DNA of 63,367 bases, filler included, from Octopus bimaculoides (GCF_001194135.2; 5 parts of 5 records of this genome joined end to end with filler, not necessarily neighbours in it), one strand, 5' to 3'; shown: positions 26,533-37,582, counted from the whole stretch's first letter. Program-made: numbers and translations. Notes: a model not told the origin generated them from the letters alone.

Positions 26533-27145
26533 TCCACACAAATCATCATCATTTAATTTCCATCCTCCATGCTAGCATGAGTGGGACGGTTTCAAGGCAA
26601 AACTTGAGTAGACTGTCAATCTTTAACCATTTAGCATTTGAACTGGCCATGTCCAGCCCAAATATTCTACCTATTTTATGTTCAGACTGGCCAGATCCGG
26701 ACTCTCACACCTGGCCTACAATGTGATTCTAAAAATGCACAATTGCATCATCAAAATCTTGAAGCTACAAGATAATGCACAGTCAACAACAAAGTGAATA
26801 AATATGCAGGTTTTTGCTGATAATGATCCTAAGTGTGGATGTAACATAAAAATTACAAGAGGAGTTTACAATGAGCTCAGTTCCTATACTGAACTGTAAA
26901 AAGAGGTAATGTGTCATAAACAATAAACAATTTTGGATAAGTTCTTCACCCATCAAGCTGATGTTTGTGATAATAAACTATAAGATAGTAAATATTGTCC
27001 CTCGTCCTACATGTACTGCTCATTCCACACCACCCCTCACACAGCAGTCAACTTATTTTGTGATAAGAACGTACTCTAACAATATTACAATTCTTATTAA
27101 TTCTCTAACTTATTCCTTTTGAAATGTTTTTGTGTTTTTATGTAA

Positions 27146-28277
27146 TTGGGTCATCCCATAAATAATGTGTTTTTTTTCAATTGCCTGAACCAAAAGCCAG
27201 AGGCGGAGGGATGATAAACTACCTGCATCAACTTGCTATAAAAGCAGGTAGTAATTTTACCTTGTACTTATTCTTAGTGCAAGTTTTGAAGAGTACAGTT
27301 CGACTTTAATAAGTTATTTTTTCAAAGCTATAATGGAAGTGACAAAGGAGCATATTTGGTATATTTTGCTTTATGAGTTCAACAATGCAATGGAAAGTGC
27401 AAGGAATATTAATGCAGTATATGGAGATCAGACAATAAGCGTAAGCCAGTGTCAGCGGTATTTCCAGAAATTCCAAGCCAGAAACTACAGCCTAGAAGAT
27501 GAACCTTGTCCTGGAAGATCTGTAGAGCTTGACAAGGATGTCCTGCAAACCCTGGTGGAATAAAATCCCATTGTAACTGTTGAGGAACTAGCAGAGTAGC
27601 ATGGATTTGGTCATTCACTCAACACCTATGTGCTATTGGAAAAGTCAGCAAATTGGGNNNNNNNNNNNNNNNNNNNNNNNNNNNNNNNNNNNNNNNNNNN
27701 NNNNNNNNNNNNNNNNNNNNNNNNNNNNNNNNNNNNNNNNNNNNNNNNNNNNNNNNNNNNNNNNNNNNNNNNNNNNNNNNNNNNNNNNNNNNNNNNNNNN
27801 NNNNNNNNNNNNNNNNNNNNNNNNNNNNNNNNNNNNNNNNNNNNNNNNNNNNNNNNNNNNNNNNNNNNNNNNNNNNNNNNNNNNNNNNGAAAGGTGTTCT
27901 TCATTCAGGATAATGCTCAGCCACATACAGCGAGGATGACATTCCAAAGGCTGGAGCAGTTTGAATGGGAAACGATGCCCCACCCACCATATTCACCAGA
28001 CATTGCCCCAGCTGATTATCATTTATTCTGTAATCTTCAAAATCATTTGGATGGAAAAAATATGAATTCTGTGGATGAGGTCAGAACAGTCCTGGGGGAG
28101 TATTTCTTGTCATGGACAAGTGAATTTTGGAGGAGGGGCCTTGCAAATCTACCAGATAGATGGAAGAGCATTCTAGAAAATGAAGGAGAGTATATTTTAG
28201 ATTAAAAAAGAACTTTATCTTAATTTTGAAAAATAAAAGAAGTATAAAAATACTGTATTACTTATGGGATGACCCAA
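27146..28277 (+). mobile_element. Mariner (D,D34D) transposon, near full length, transposase disrupted
   Basis: TIRs ttgggtcatcccataa / ttatgggatgacccaa. HTH N-terminus MEVTKEHIWYILLYEF, QDNA-34aa-D with HPPYSPDIAPADY. In-frame stops near 27560-27600 and an internal N gap. Confidence 0.93.
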
Positions 28278-28390
28278 TATTGCACTGTGCATATTTAAAA
28301 ATAGTTATTTTCATGTACAAAGGTGATCACATTGCTTGTTCTCTGTTGTTTTCTTGTGCTTTTTTCCCCTTAAAATGGCCATAGGAACAC

Positions 28391-28464
28391 AATCTCATTT
28401 AATATGAAAATCTCATTTAATATGAAAATCATTTAATATGAAAATCTCATTTAATATGAAAATC
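28391..28464. repeat. 18-bp tandem minisatellite (AATCTCATTTAATATGAA, about 4 units)
   Basis: Directly visible; one unit has a 2-nt deletion. Confidence 0.9.
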
Positions 28465-29096
28465 AATAGGAAAATTAAATTTCACATTGTGGAAATGCAT
28501 GTTTTCAGAAACGCATTGCTTCCGTAAATCAAGAGATCTCTGCATATATACATATCATTATCTATACATGTATTTTTAAAATGCTTCTGTACACTAGAAC
28601 ATAAAAGGGCATTCATGTGGAATTTTTTTCTCAGTATAAAAATACATTGTGCTGAACTCCAAGTAATGTTGGCAAACTACTAGATATGGTGTTTCAGCAT
28701 GATGTTGCCTCTTCAGTGGTAGATACCACTTCAGTGCCCAATGTTTTTACTCACAAAGTTTATTGAGAGAAAGTTTTCTCCAAGACAAAATTCTGTGCAG
28801 GAACAGGTTAAAAATAAATGTTTGCATTAAGCAAAATTTTTGTAAAAAAGAAATTTAGAAAAACATATTTTAAAATCAAATACAAAAATATACATCTCAA
28901 AATATATATATTTCCGTTTACATATTTGTTTTGCAAGATTTTTTATGTGAAATCGTGTGTTGAAACAGATGTTGTTGTACTTGGGGATGGTCATATTGCC
29001 AGTTTAGCCAATAAAAACACACGCACTGTATATTTGGTGTTAATTTTTTTTTTTTTCAGCTTTATATTACATTAATCTTAATCTTAATCTTATTTC

Positions 29097-29141
29097 GGCC
29101 AGAGTTCTTTCGTCACACTTCTGTGACCTCATCAGTGGTCC
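29097..29141 (-). ncRNA. Minimal type-I hammerhead ribozyme, second family
   Basis: Minus strand reads ggacca-CTGATGA-g-gtcaca(gaag)tgtgac-GAAA-gaactc-tggcc. Stem I cca/tgg plus gg/cc, 6-bp stem II, short stem III AG/CT with CUC triplet. Followed by (AAGATT)3 and aataaa-like sequence. Confidence 0.65.
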
Positions 29142-29207
29142 TTTGTTTCCTTCTTTCTTATGTGTGTCTCATTTTCTCTATATATTTCATTTTCATTCTT
29201 ACTGTAG

Positions 29208-29372
29208 CTAATGCAAATAAAATTTCCAGTAGACAAAAGGAATGCATCTCTGATTCTGAAAAAACTGACCACCTAGACTTGTTTAGAAATGATAAGGAAA
29301 AATTTGAAGAAATTGACAATGAGATTGGAACTGATAAAAGAAGTAAATGCTTGGTTATATCTGAATCTGAAG
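29208..29372 (+). CDS. Internal exon of an uncharacterised host gene (phase 1-1)
   Basis: Polypyrimidine tract + tgtag acceptor, GAAG|gtaaat donor, 165 nt open: ANANKISSRQKECISDSEKTDHLDLFRNDKEKFEEIDNEIGTDKRSKCLVISESE. Confidence 0.65.
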
Positions 29373-29455
29373 GTAAATAATTCTTATTTTGGATTTCCAT
29401 TTTCTGTTTACAGTACATTACTATATTTCTTTTACAAAATTACTGAAATATTTAA

Positions 29456-29906
29456 CCCTTTCGTTACTATATTTCTGACCAAAATACACCCCGCATGAGT
29501 TTCAATTAAATTCTAAAATAATCATGAATTTAGACTAGTCTCATTAAACACCTGTAACTTTTTTATTTATCAACATATTAATGTGATATTTGGAACATAA
29601 TTAAAGAAAGGGTTCTTAATCAATTCTATTGCATAATTTTTGTCTCAAAGTTCTCCACGTACTGGTGGGGGGGGGGTGTACTGTTAGTGTCTCTCACATG
29701 TAAATATTGGTTCAGCTTCACGAATCGTACTCGTTCATAATACTGGAAATATATTCATCGCCAAAAGGTTCCTGATCGCTCCAGTAATTTGTTATTCTGG
29801 GTAACTGTCTAATAATACCCATAATAATATTTATGGCAAAAAATGCCCATATTTCATCTACAGTTGCAGGAAACCACAAGCTATGGCCGGGTTAGTAACG
29901 AAAGGG
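29456..29906. mobile_element. piggyBac-like MITE
   Basis: TTAA|CCCTTTCGTTAC ... GTAACGAAAGGG|TTAA: perfect 12-bp TIRs with TTAA target duplication. Confidence 0.88.
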
Positions 29907-29989
29907 TTAACTTAGTTTCATTTCAAAACCTTCATAGTGATTTTATCTTTTGTGTGTGTGTGTGTGTGTACGTGTACATGTGCAAAGTG

Positions 29990-30900
29990 CAGGGAAGGAA
30001 TTCCAGCGGGAAGATGCTCTGGAGGGGACAGACTGAGGCAATATAGGTTGCAAGAGGAGAGTCAGGAGTACCCTATAAATGTGGCATGAAACTGTCCAGC
30101 TTAGAGGAATAAAGGAAGCTAGAGTAAGTGAGAGATGAGGCAACATGTCAGTTGGCCAGAGATAGTGTGTGAACAACTTTGTGCTTATTGAGTGGGTTTT
30201 CTTTTGATGTTGTCTAAAATATCTGTGTATAGCAGCAACAGCATCCCAGATGTGAGAGCAGTACTTCATACTTGAGTAGTGACTTTATAGTTACAGGCTT
30301 TAACTTTTTTGGTTCTGAAAATGAAAAATCTTTTTGATGTAGTTTTGGCTGTAGGGAGGAAATTTGTTCACTTGAAGAGATTCTCAGTAACGGTGAGATT
30401 TGGCAGTAACTGTAAACTTCAGAATCTAGATGTATATTTGTGTTTATAGGAAGTATGAGTGCAATAATGTTTTTTTTTTTTCATAAATGTGTAGTGATTG
30501 TGCTGTAACACTATTGGTAGATGCTTTTAGTGTCTCTGTTCTGGAGTCATTACAGATTGGGCATGAAGTGTTTAAATATCTGTCTAATCTGAGTTGTGCT
30601 GGCAATGCCTACTGCAAAGTGTAATTTTTAGATTAAAGAAAGTCTAGAAGTTAGGGAGAATAGCAATGTTTCAGCTTCTGCACTGGCAACATTTGTGTGG
30701 GATGAGTGAGAAGCATGAGAAATTGTGAATGTTTGAGTTACAGATGATGATGCTTTCGTAGGAAAGAGAGGTGAAACATTTTTTCAATGTCTGAGGAGAT
30801 ATGGTCAAAAAGGTGCTGATGGTTTGAAGAATTTAGAGAGTAATAGAAGGGGCAAATGTATTTTTTAAAGTATGATTTAGAACCACTTCCTTGTGTCCAT
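29990..30900 (-). mobile_element. CR1/L2-like LINE remnant (endonuclease piece and C-terminal piece), heavily deleted
   Basis: MKYCSHIWD (compare EYCSHIW at the RT C-terminus) and upstream HLFDHISSDIEK...SHSSHTNVASAEAE resembling the APE endonuclease region. Confidence 0.55.
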
Positions 30901-31180
30901 ATTCATTCATTCATTGAGAGTGAAACAGTTGTTTGATCTGCCATTTTATACAATATAGCCAACTCATTGAAGCTGATAGTGTGAAATCAATATTGTGATA
31001 TTGGTTTTCACACTGACATTTCTTTGTGCATTCTGCATTTCAACATCTGTGATTTCTTTAGAAATCTGTGGTGGTAGATTTCCAGTTGATTGCAGTAAGC
31101 AGGAATGTGTGAATTTGTGTTTATCTTAGCTAAACATTAGTGAAGCAGTTATTCTATTGTTTGATTTCAATTATTTTCAG

Positions 31181-31278
31181 CTGAACAAAGTGATGAAGGA
31201 GAGTCGCTAAACATATATAATAAAAATACTCGAGGTTCAGAAAATGTAGGATCTCAGGCTGAAAAATACACCACACAA
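31181..31278 (+). CDS. Internal exon of the same host gene (phase 1-0)
   Basis: ttattttcag acceptor, CAA|gtaaga donor: AEQSDEGESLNIYNKNTRGSENVGSQAEKYTTQ. Phase matches the upstream exon. Confidence 0.7.
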
Positions 31279-31399
31279 GTAAGAATGTTTTTATCTGCTT
31301 ACTGATGCTTTAACTGACTAAGATCCAAATCTCATTAAGCGAACTTCTGTACCAGGATTATATTGAATTTGTTTTTACTAATTTTTACTAATTTAGGAG

Positions 31400-31990
31400 G
31401 GAAGTCTATGAAATAAGGTGACCTAGTGTCACAAATGTAAGAAATTGAGACATTTCAATATTGGCTGTACTGCAAACTTATCCATTTGATGACCAGTTAA
31501 AAGACTAACTTTCTTTTTCTTATGTTTGGAAGTTTTTTTGATCTTGCAGTCGGTGTAGTTCTTCCCTAATCACACTTATAGCCAATTATCACAGCTCTGG
31601 CATTTTCTGTGAAAAAATCATTTCTAACAACCTTCTGTGAGGGTATCTCTTTTCCTTTACTTGACCAATAAGTTCTTGAAGTATCATTTTTTTTACCTTT
31701 GCCTATATTTCATAAGAAATTCAGCAATTTGTGTTTGATTTTGTCAAATTGAGCTTTACCAAAGTTCATTCTTATTGCTCACTTTAAACTTATAATTGTG
31801 ATAAAATCTTTCAAACCTTCATTAACCTTACATCTTTCTAAGGTTATAGTTATTCTAACAGACTCTTTAACCCATACTGATTTCTCTTTAATTGCTCATA
31901 TGAACTTCTTTTATTTCTTTTTAAACATCTTTCGTGTCCTTCACAGTTTTCCTAACAAGTTTTTGTTTGTCCAACTTGACTGTGACTGGG
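31400..31990 (-). mobile_element. Possible highly degraded LINE RT fragment
   Basis: Scattered motifs ENQYG and FGKA(Q)FDKIKHKLL (compare D..KAFD.V.H..L). Many stops. Confidence 0.35.
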
Positions 31991-32182
31991 ATATTAAGTA
32001 GGTCTCTTTATTTTTTCAGTTGATACATACCAACACCATTTAAAACATGCAACCCATTTCTAGTAGTATCCTGGTGTGCCTCTTCATTCCATTGAGTTCA
32101 TTCTTTATATACTGAAGACTTGCTCAATATTGATATTGCTAAGTGGTCGTCTCATTTACCCCTTAAAGCCCTGTTATGCATC

Positions 32183-32470
32183 ATCATCATCATTTAATGC
32201 CCATTTTTCATGCTGGCATGAGTTGGATAGCTTGGCAGGAACTGGTAAGGCTAGGAGCCGCACCAGGTTCTGTAGTCTGTATTAGCTTGGTTTCTACAGC
32301 TGTATGTCCTTTCTAACATCAACCACTCCACAGTGCTTTTTAAGTAACACTGGTACCATCACTGGTGCTTTTTACATGGTGTCTTGGTTTTAGGATCTCA
32401 ATTCTGTTGTTGTGGGTGGGTCTTCTCAATTACAGCAATGTGCCACATATCTTGGTCCGCTGTCATCTTC
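32183..32470 (-). mobile_element. Short RTE-tail element ending in (GAT)n
   Basis: catcatcatcatttaatgcc...ccatgctggcatgagttgga recurs at 34429, 57300, 58015, 61724 and 63200, and is related to the 3' UTR of the RTE at 24330-24740. Confidence 0.75.
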
Positions 32471-33789
32471 TTCATAAGATTCAGTGTTTTTAAGTGCCAT
32501 TGAAAAACTGGAATTAAGCAAGAAATAAACTTTAGCTTCATTTTAGAAAGGCCTTCTTATCATGAGATTTCCTATTTGCATCATGTACAGGTGTATGCAT
32601 GCCCAATCCTATTGCATAATGCATGCTTCTCTATTATGAGCTGCTTCTTTGTTTTTCTTGTCAATACAGTTCATATTTCCTGCAGTCAGTGTTTTCTGTT
32701 CAATGCCCTATTTGTGATACTGCTGTCAAGTTGATTACTCCGTTGTCGTTGTCGTCAGAACTAGAGCATGTACACTAAAATATGAGAGAACAAAAGCTGT
32801 TTGAATGGCCCAAATCTCAATCATACAAAAGAAAAAATCATTGGCTTTTGATGGACAAAGACAGGTACATGTTACTTTTGGCAACATTTTCTTTAACTGT
32901 TCAGTGTGAATAATGGGTCAGAGATGGTAGAGGACTTTAGTGCCACCTTGAGTGTCTGCTGCAACTTTTGGCAGAAGATGTGAGTTGCTGCAGAGCCAAA
33001 TAATAGCAGTTGAACTACAGGAGTTTTACAAGGAACAAATTTTCCAGTTTGGATGATCTGCCCCATTTTTACATATACATGCCATACTTGCTTAATTTAT
33101 TTGCTGTTGTATTTTTTTTTTGTTGATATTTAATTACTATTATGTTGATATCTTATTAGGAATGTTTTCCTCTTATTCTGAAAAGAGGAATTCTTTTATA
33201 TTTTACTCTTTGAACCTTGACTGAAGTTAAAAGAAAGCCTGGAGATATTGATAAGACATTGCCAAGAATGTTGCTCAAGAAAAACCAGTGTGACTGTGCT
33301 AATAATAATAGTTATTTCACAAATAGTGTCGACCTCAAAATGTATGGACTCCCACTGTCATTCTCCAACCAGTTGACATTACAGTTTGTATCATTATATT
33401 GTAGCATAGTTTCTTATGAGATTTTTTATGTAGTCTGAGCTTGTCCATTTCAAAGAATCTATGCCCATTCCCTTACATTAGGTAGACCAAAATTGAAATA
33501 CTGAAGCAAGTTGATGAAACAAATATTTTTATAGTGTTTTACTTTAACTAAACATTAACTATTTTTGAAGAAAATTCAGTCACGGTTAATCTCAGGTTAT
33601 TCAACATATATTCAATTAAAGGATAAAGTAATAAAAAATATTATACATAAAACATGATAGTAAAAATAATGATAAAAAAGAGATATATAGGTACCAAATA
33701 AAGGATGAGATTGGCTAGTTCCACATAAAATCTTGTAGGATATCGTGTGTACCTTTTAAAATTGGTTAATCATATACTCTAACATCGTT

Positions 33790-34326
33790 GTTTTGGGAAG
33801 GTCATTATGCCAATAATAATAAACATATGCATTTGTTCAATATCACTTGATTATTGTTAGTTAATCTAACCAACTGATTTGGTCATTTGTTTAATATGGT
33901 GATTAAAAAATCAACCGGTTGATTGTTTGCCAGTCTTGTCATTGATGAGGTTATGAATAGCAATGAGATGTCCTCTTTCTTCAAGGACTACCTTGAGCCT
34001 ATGTTCTATGTTCTGCTGTCTAAAAGGCAGAATAACCACCTGACAGCTCCACTTCATTAAAGAATGCATTGCCTACAGGCTATACACTAAATCCATTAAT
34101 TTGGCTGCTAGACAGTTCATACTTATGGAATACCAAGCAAGAAATTTCTTTTTTTTAGAGATAAATTCAAGGCAGACCATTGATGAGGTCACAAATAATG
34201 ATGAAAGGATTTTGACAAATGATTGATTAGGTAGTTGGTTAGATATTTGACCAATTGACTAACAATAAGAAGTGATATTGAACAAGTGTGTGTTTATTAT
34301 TATTGGTGTAATGACCCTCCCAAGAC
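33790..34326. mobile_element. MITE-like element with about 100-bp imperfect terminal inverted repeats
   Basis: 33790-33890 is the reverse complement of 34216-34326 (ttgggaaggtcatta..caataataataaac..ttgttcaatatcactt..ttattgttagt). Confidence 0.6.
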
Positions 34327-34428
34327 TCAGTAAGATTTGTTTCAGCAGATGAATTTACATCAAGAAGCTTATAAACCAAATACAAAACGAAATACTCAAA
34401 CATTGTTTAATAGTACTATAAAAAATAT

Positions 34429-34750
34429 ATCATCATCATCATCAAACGTCCGTTTTCCATGCTAGCATGGGTTGGATGGTTAGACTGAAAACTGGTAAGC
34501 CAGAGAGCTTCACCAGATTCAATCTGATTTGACATGGTTTCTATGGTTAGATGCTCTTCCTAATACCAACTACTCCAAGAGTGGTTGGTATTAGGTGCTT
34601 TTTACATGCCACTGGAATGGGTGCCATTGATGTGACACCGGCATTGGCCATGACTATGGTATCACTTTGCTTGACAGGTCTTCTCAAGCACGGTATATTG
34701 CTAAAGATCTTGGTCGCCTGTCACTGTCTCCGTGAGACCCAACACTCAAA
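34429..34750 (-). mobile_element. Short RTE-tail element
   Basis: (CAT)n-aaacgtccgttttccatgctagcatgggttgg; its distal part matches 24590-24730. Confidence 0.8.
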
Positions 34751-35042
34751 TCAAATGTGAATGCAAGATGTTAGACAATGAAAAAACAAGCTCTGATGGA
34801 AAGTTGTTTTTTGATTCTGTTTAGCTTTGTGTCTATACCTAGTTGTAAGATATTGATTTTTAACTTAGGCACAAAGCCAGATATTCTGAGAGAGAGAACA
34901 GCCAATAATATCAATCCCCATAGATTTTAGCTGGAACTTTTCTTTATTACACTAGGAGGAGAACAACAAAGTGAAGGTGATCAGTTGTTTTTTAGTTATC
35001 TAATCTATTATTTATTACACATGACCATTACATTTGTTGCAG

Positions 35043-35289
35043 CTTTGTGCCTACCTGGAAAATGATTTGGTTGAGATGAAAAGACAAATTGCATTACTGG
35101 AAGCTAAATTAGGTATGGATGACTCAACTATTAATGAAGATACTGACTGTAGAGATGAGTTAAAACTTGCATCATGTCAAGAAGCAGAGATTCCAATGCC
35201 AGATGGTAACTTGATAAAAACCATGGATTGTGATAATAAATACATGAGACTGAGTAGTGATGAAGATGTCATTCCAGATTCTTTTCCAG
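35043..35289 (+). CDS. Host gene exon (phase 0-1) with coiled-coil-like segment
   Basis: ttgttgcag acceptor, CCAG|gtataa donor: LCAYLENDLVEMKRQIALLEAKLGMDDSTINEDTDC...SSDEDVIPDSFP. Confidence 0.8.
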
Positions 35290-35415
35290 GTATAAATTCC
35301 TTCTCTATTCATTTTTTTTTTCTATTAACTCTTTCTTTCATTAATTGATTAATTTATTGGGTGATTAGTTTATTGATTAAGTCTTTCTGAAAAGAAAACA
35401 AACTTTGTTTTGCAG

Positions 35416-35758
35416 AAGAACCTACAGAAAAATGTCTGTCATTTGATGACAGTAAAAAGTCAGCAACAGAAGACAGTGAGGAATTATTTTTCTCTCCCTC
35501 ATTTCAAGGATCTTCGTCTGCAGCTTGCTATCCCAAGGTCCAGAATAGAAAGAAAAGAAGCCAGCATGATAATAGGAATTGTTTGCGAAATAAACTTAAA
35601 TGCAAAAAAAATGTACCCATTATTGAAAGTGATGAATCTGATACTTCGGTTGTTTTGGCTGATGAGGACGGAAATGGTTCAGTTGATAAGGAAGAAGTCA
35701 TTCCATCTGACATTACTGACAAACATTTACCAGAGAACAAATCTCATAACCATTTGAA
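35416..35758 (+). CDS. Host gene exon (phase 1-2); missed by the ORF track because it has no start codon
   Basis: tttgttttgcag acceptor, TTGAA|gtaaag donor, 343 nt open: EEPTEKCLSFDDSKKSATEDSEELFFSPSFQGSSSAACYPKVQNRKKRSQHDNRNCLRNKLKCKKNVPIIESDESDTSVVLADEDGNG...NKSHNHL. Confidence 0.8.
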
Positions 35759-36366
35759 GTAAAGTCAATTTTCTATAATTTCAAATATTGATTGTTGACC
35801 TGACTCTAAATTCTTACAAACCTATCCATGTCCCATCCACTCCTTGTTCCCCTCTCCCCCCCCCCTCTCTCTCTCTCCATGAGGAATACTTAATTATACA
35901 CTGCATACTGCTAATATTTAATTCTCATGTCTAATACTAAAATGTTAGCTATAATACCTTCTGATACTTTTGAGTGTAGCTGAAAGATTAAGTGAATGCT
36001 TACATTTTTGTAGCCCATTAGAAATGGCTCTTAGCCCTTTAACTGTGGAAAGCAGATATATCCACTTAAAATTTCATTACCCTGGAAAGCAGTTTTATAC
36101 ACCAGTCTATTTTTTGTTGAGGAATGTCATGTTTGAAACTATTTTCTGTTGAAATATGTCAAGTTTACTGAGGCTTGCAGTAATACCAATTCTATTTCTA
36201 TTTTTGGTAGATATTAAACATCATCAATGAACTAACCATGAAATATAATTTCACAGTTAAAGGGTTAATTGTACTTTATCTGATCAGTTGAAAGATTTTC
36301 GTGTATTAAATTACACTTTGCCATTGATTTATTTGTTTCTAATATATACATTTATAATTTTTGCAG

Positions 36367-36544
36367 TAAAAGTAAAAACAGTCTCAAATGTGAACCTTCT
36401 CACAATTCATCAAATCCATTTAAGTCTTTTGTTAATATTGACTTTGATCAGAAAGAAGAGGAAGTGCGATTTGACATGCAGTTAACTAACACACTTAAGC
36501 AGATAAAAAATCTTGTTGCTACAGGCTTGTCAAATGTTGCTGTG
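36367..36544 (+). CDS. Host gene exon (phase 2-0)
   Basis: atttttgcag acceptor, GTG|gtaaat donor: NKSKNSLKCEPSHNSSNPFKSFVNIDFDQKEEEVRFDMQLTNTLKQIKNLVATGLSNVAV. Confidence 0.8.
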
Positions 36545-36737
36545 GTAAATATATGTTCTGATTTTTATTAATGTTCATAAATATGGAAACTGATTTACAC
36601 TATAAAATACTGTAGTCATTGAGTCATCATCATTAACAATGATAATTAGAAAAGAAGTTGATCATATATATCTGTGCAATTAGTCTATTGATAAATATCC
36701 TTTTAATTATAACTAGATTCTCTTCATTTTGTCATAG

Positions 36738-36839
36738 AAACATCAGAAAATATTGAATGTCTTATTGATTCTCATTGGAAATACTTATTTAAAAATTTTA
36801 TATTGTGTTTTTAGAACATTTTTGCTAGTGCTACATTAA
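36738..36839 (+). CDS. Possible next or terminal exon of the host gene
   Basis: tcttcattttgtcatag acceptor; phase 0 reads KHQKILNVLLILIGNTYLKILYCVFRTFLLVLH*. Alternative acceptors lie nearby. Confidence 0.35.
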   Translation, partial: KHQKILNVLLILIGNTYLKILYCVFRTFLLVLH

Positions 36840-37221
36840 ATATTTTTTAAGGCATTGAACAATATAGCTTCATTATTGTTGCCTTTGCTACTGCCAATGT
36901 CATATCAACATAGTGGTGGGGGTATGGCATTGGCATTGTTGTTGTTGAATGAACAGATACACATTCAGTATGAATGTGTCCTTCAAAATTTTTCTATCAA
37001 AGATGTATAAACAGGATAAGGTAAATCTACCCCACAAAACCGAATATCAATTTGGGAGGGAGAAACGTTAAAGATAGTCCTTCATGTAACTCAACAGCTT
37101 AATCAGTAAGGGGAGACATGTCAAGCCAAGTGAAATTGTGGTTGTGGTCAGTGTCAGTGAAATGTAAAAGTCACCTGTGCTGGTGACACATTAAAGGCAT
37201 CCATACTTGGAAGGACTGGAA

Positions 37222-37482
37222 GAACGGTGGTAGCAGGGAATTGTACCAATGTGCCAGAAGGGAGGCTAGGCGACAGGTTTATTTAGCCAGAGGGGAAGCA
37301 GATAAGGAAAGATTTGCCAATGTTCTGCGCCGTGAGGACCAAAGACTCGAGGTATTTCGTGTTGCAAGACAGTGTAGGAGAGAGAATAGTGATGTTGTAG
37401 GAGAGAAATGTGTTCGCATGGATGATGGTACGCTTGCATTAAATGAGGATGCAAAGAAAGAGGTCTGGAGATGCCACTACGA
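37222..37482 (+). mobile_element. RTE LINE ORF fragment
   Basis: YQCARREARRQVYLARGEADKERFANVLRREDQRLEVFRVARQCRRENSDVVGEKCVR; homologous to 18158-18470. Confidence 0.8.
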
Positions 37483-37582
37483 NNNNNNNNNNNNNNNNNN
37501 NNNNNNNNNNNNNNNNNNNNNNNNNNTTAATTAATTAANNNNNNNNNNNNNNNNNNNNNNNNNNNNNNNNNNNNNNNNNNNN
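37483..37582. other. Artificial scaffold spacer
   Basis: N-flanked TTAATTAATTAA at 37527-37538. Confidence 0.95.

Noticed and set aside
26800-29040. Candidate upstream exons of the host gene (MSSVPILNCKK at about 26866, 28717-28805, 28940-29030)
   Set aside because: Several mutually exclusive phase solutions exist, and none can be chosen without transcript data.
35655-35680. CTGATGAGGACGGAAA motif
   Set aside because: Stem II is too short and the sequence is in-frame coding (ADEDGN) of the host exon.
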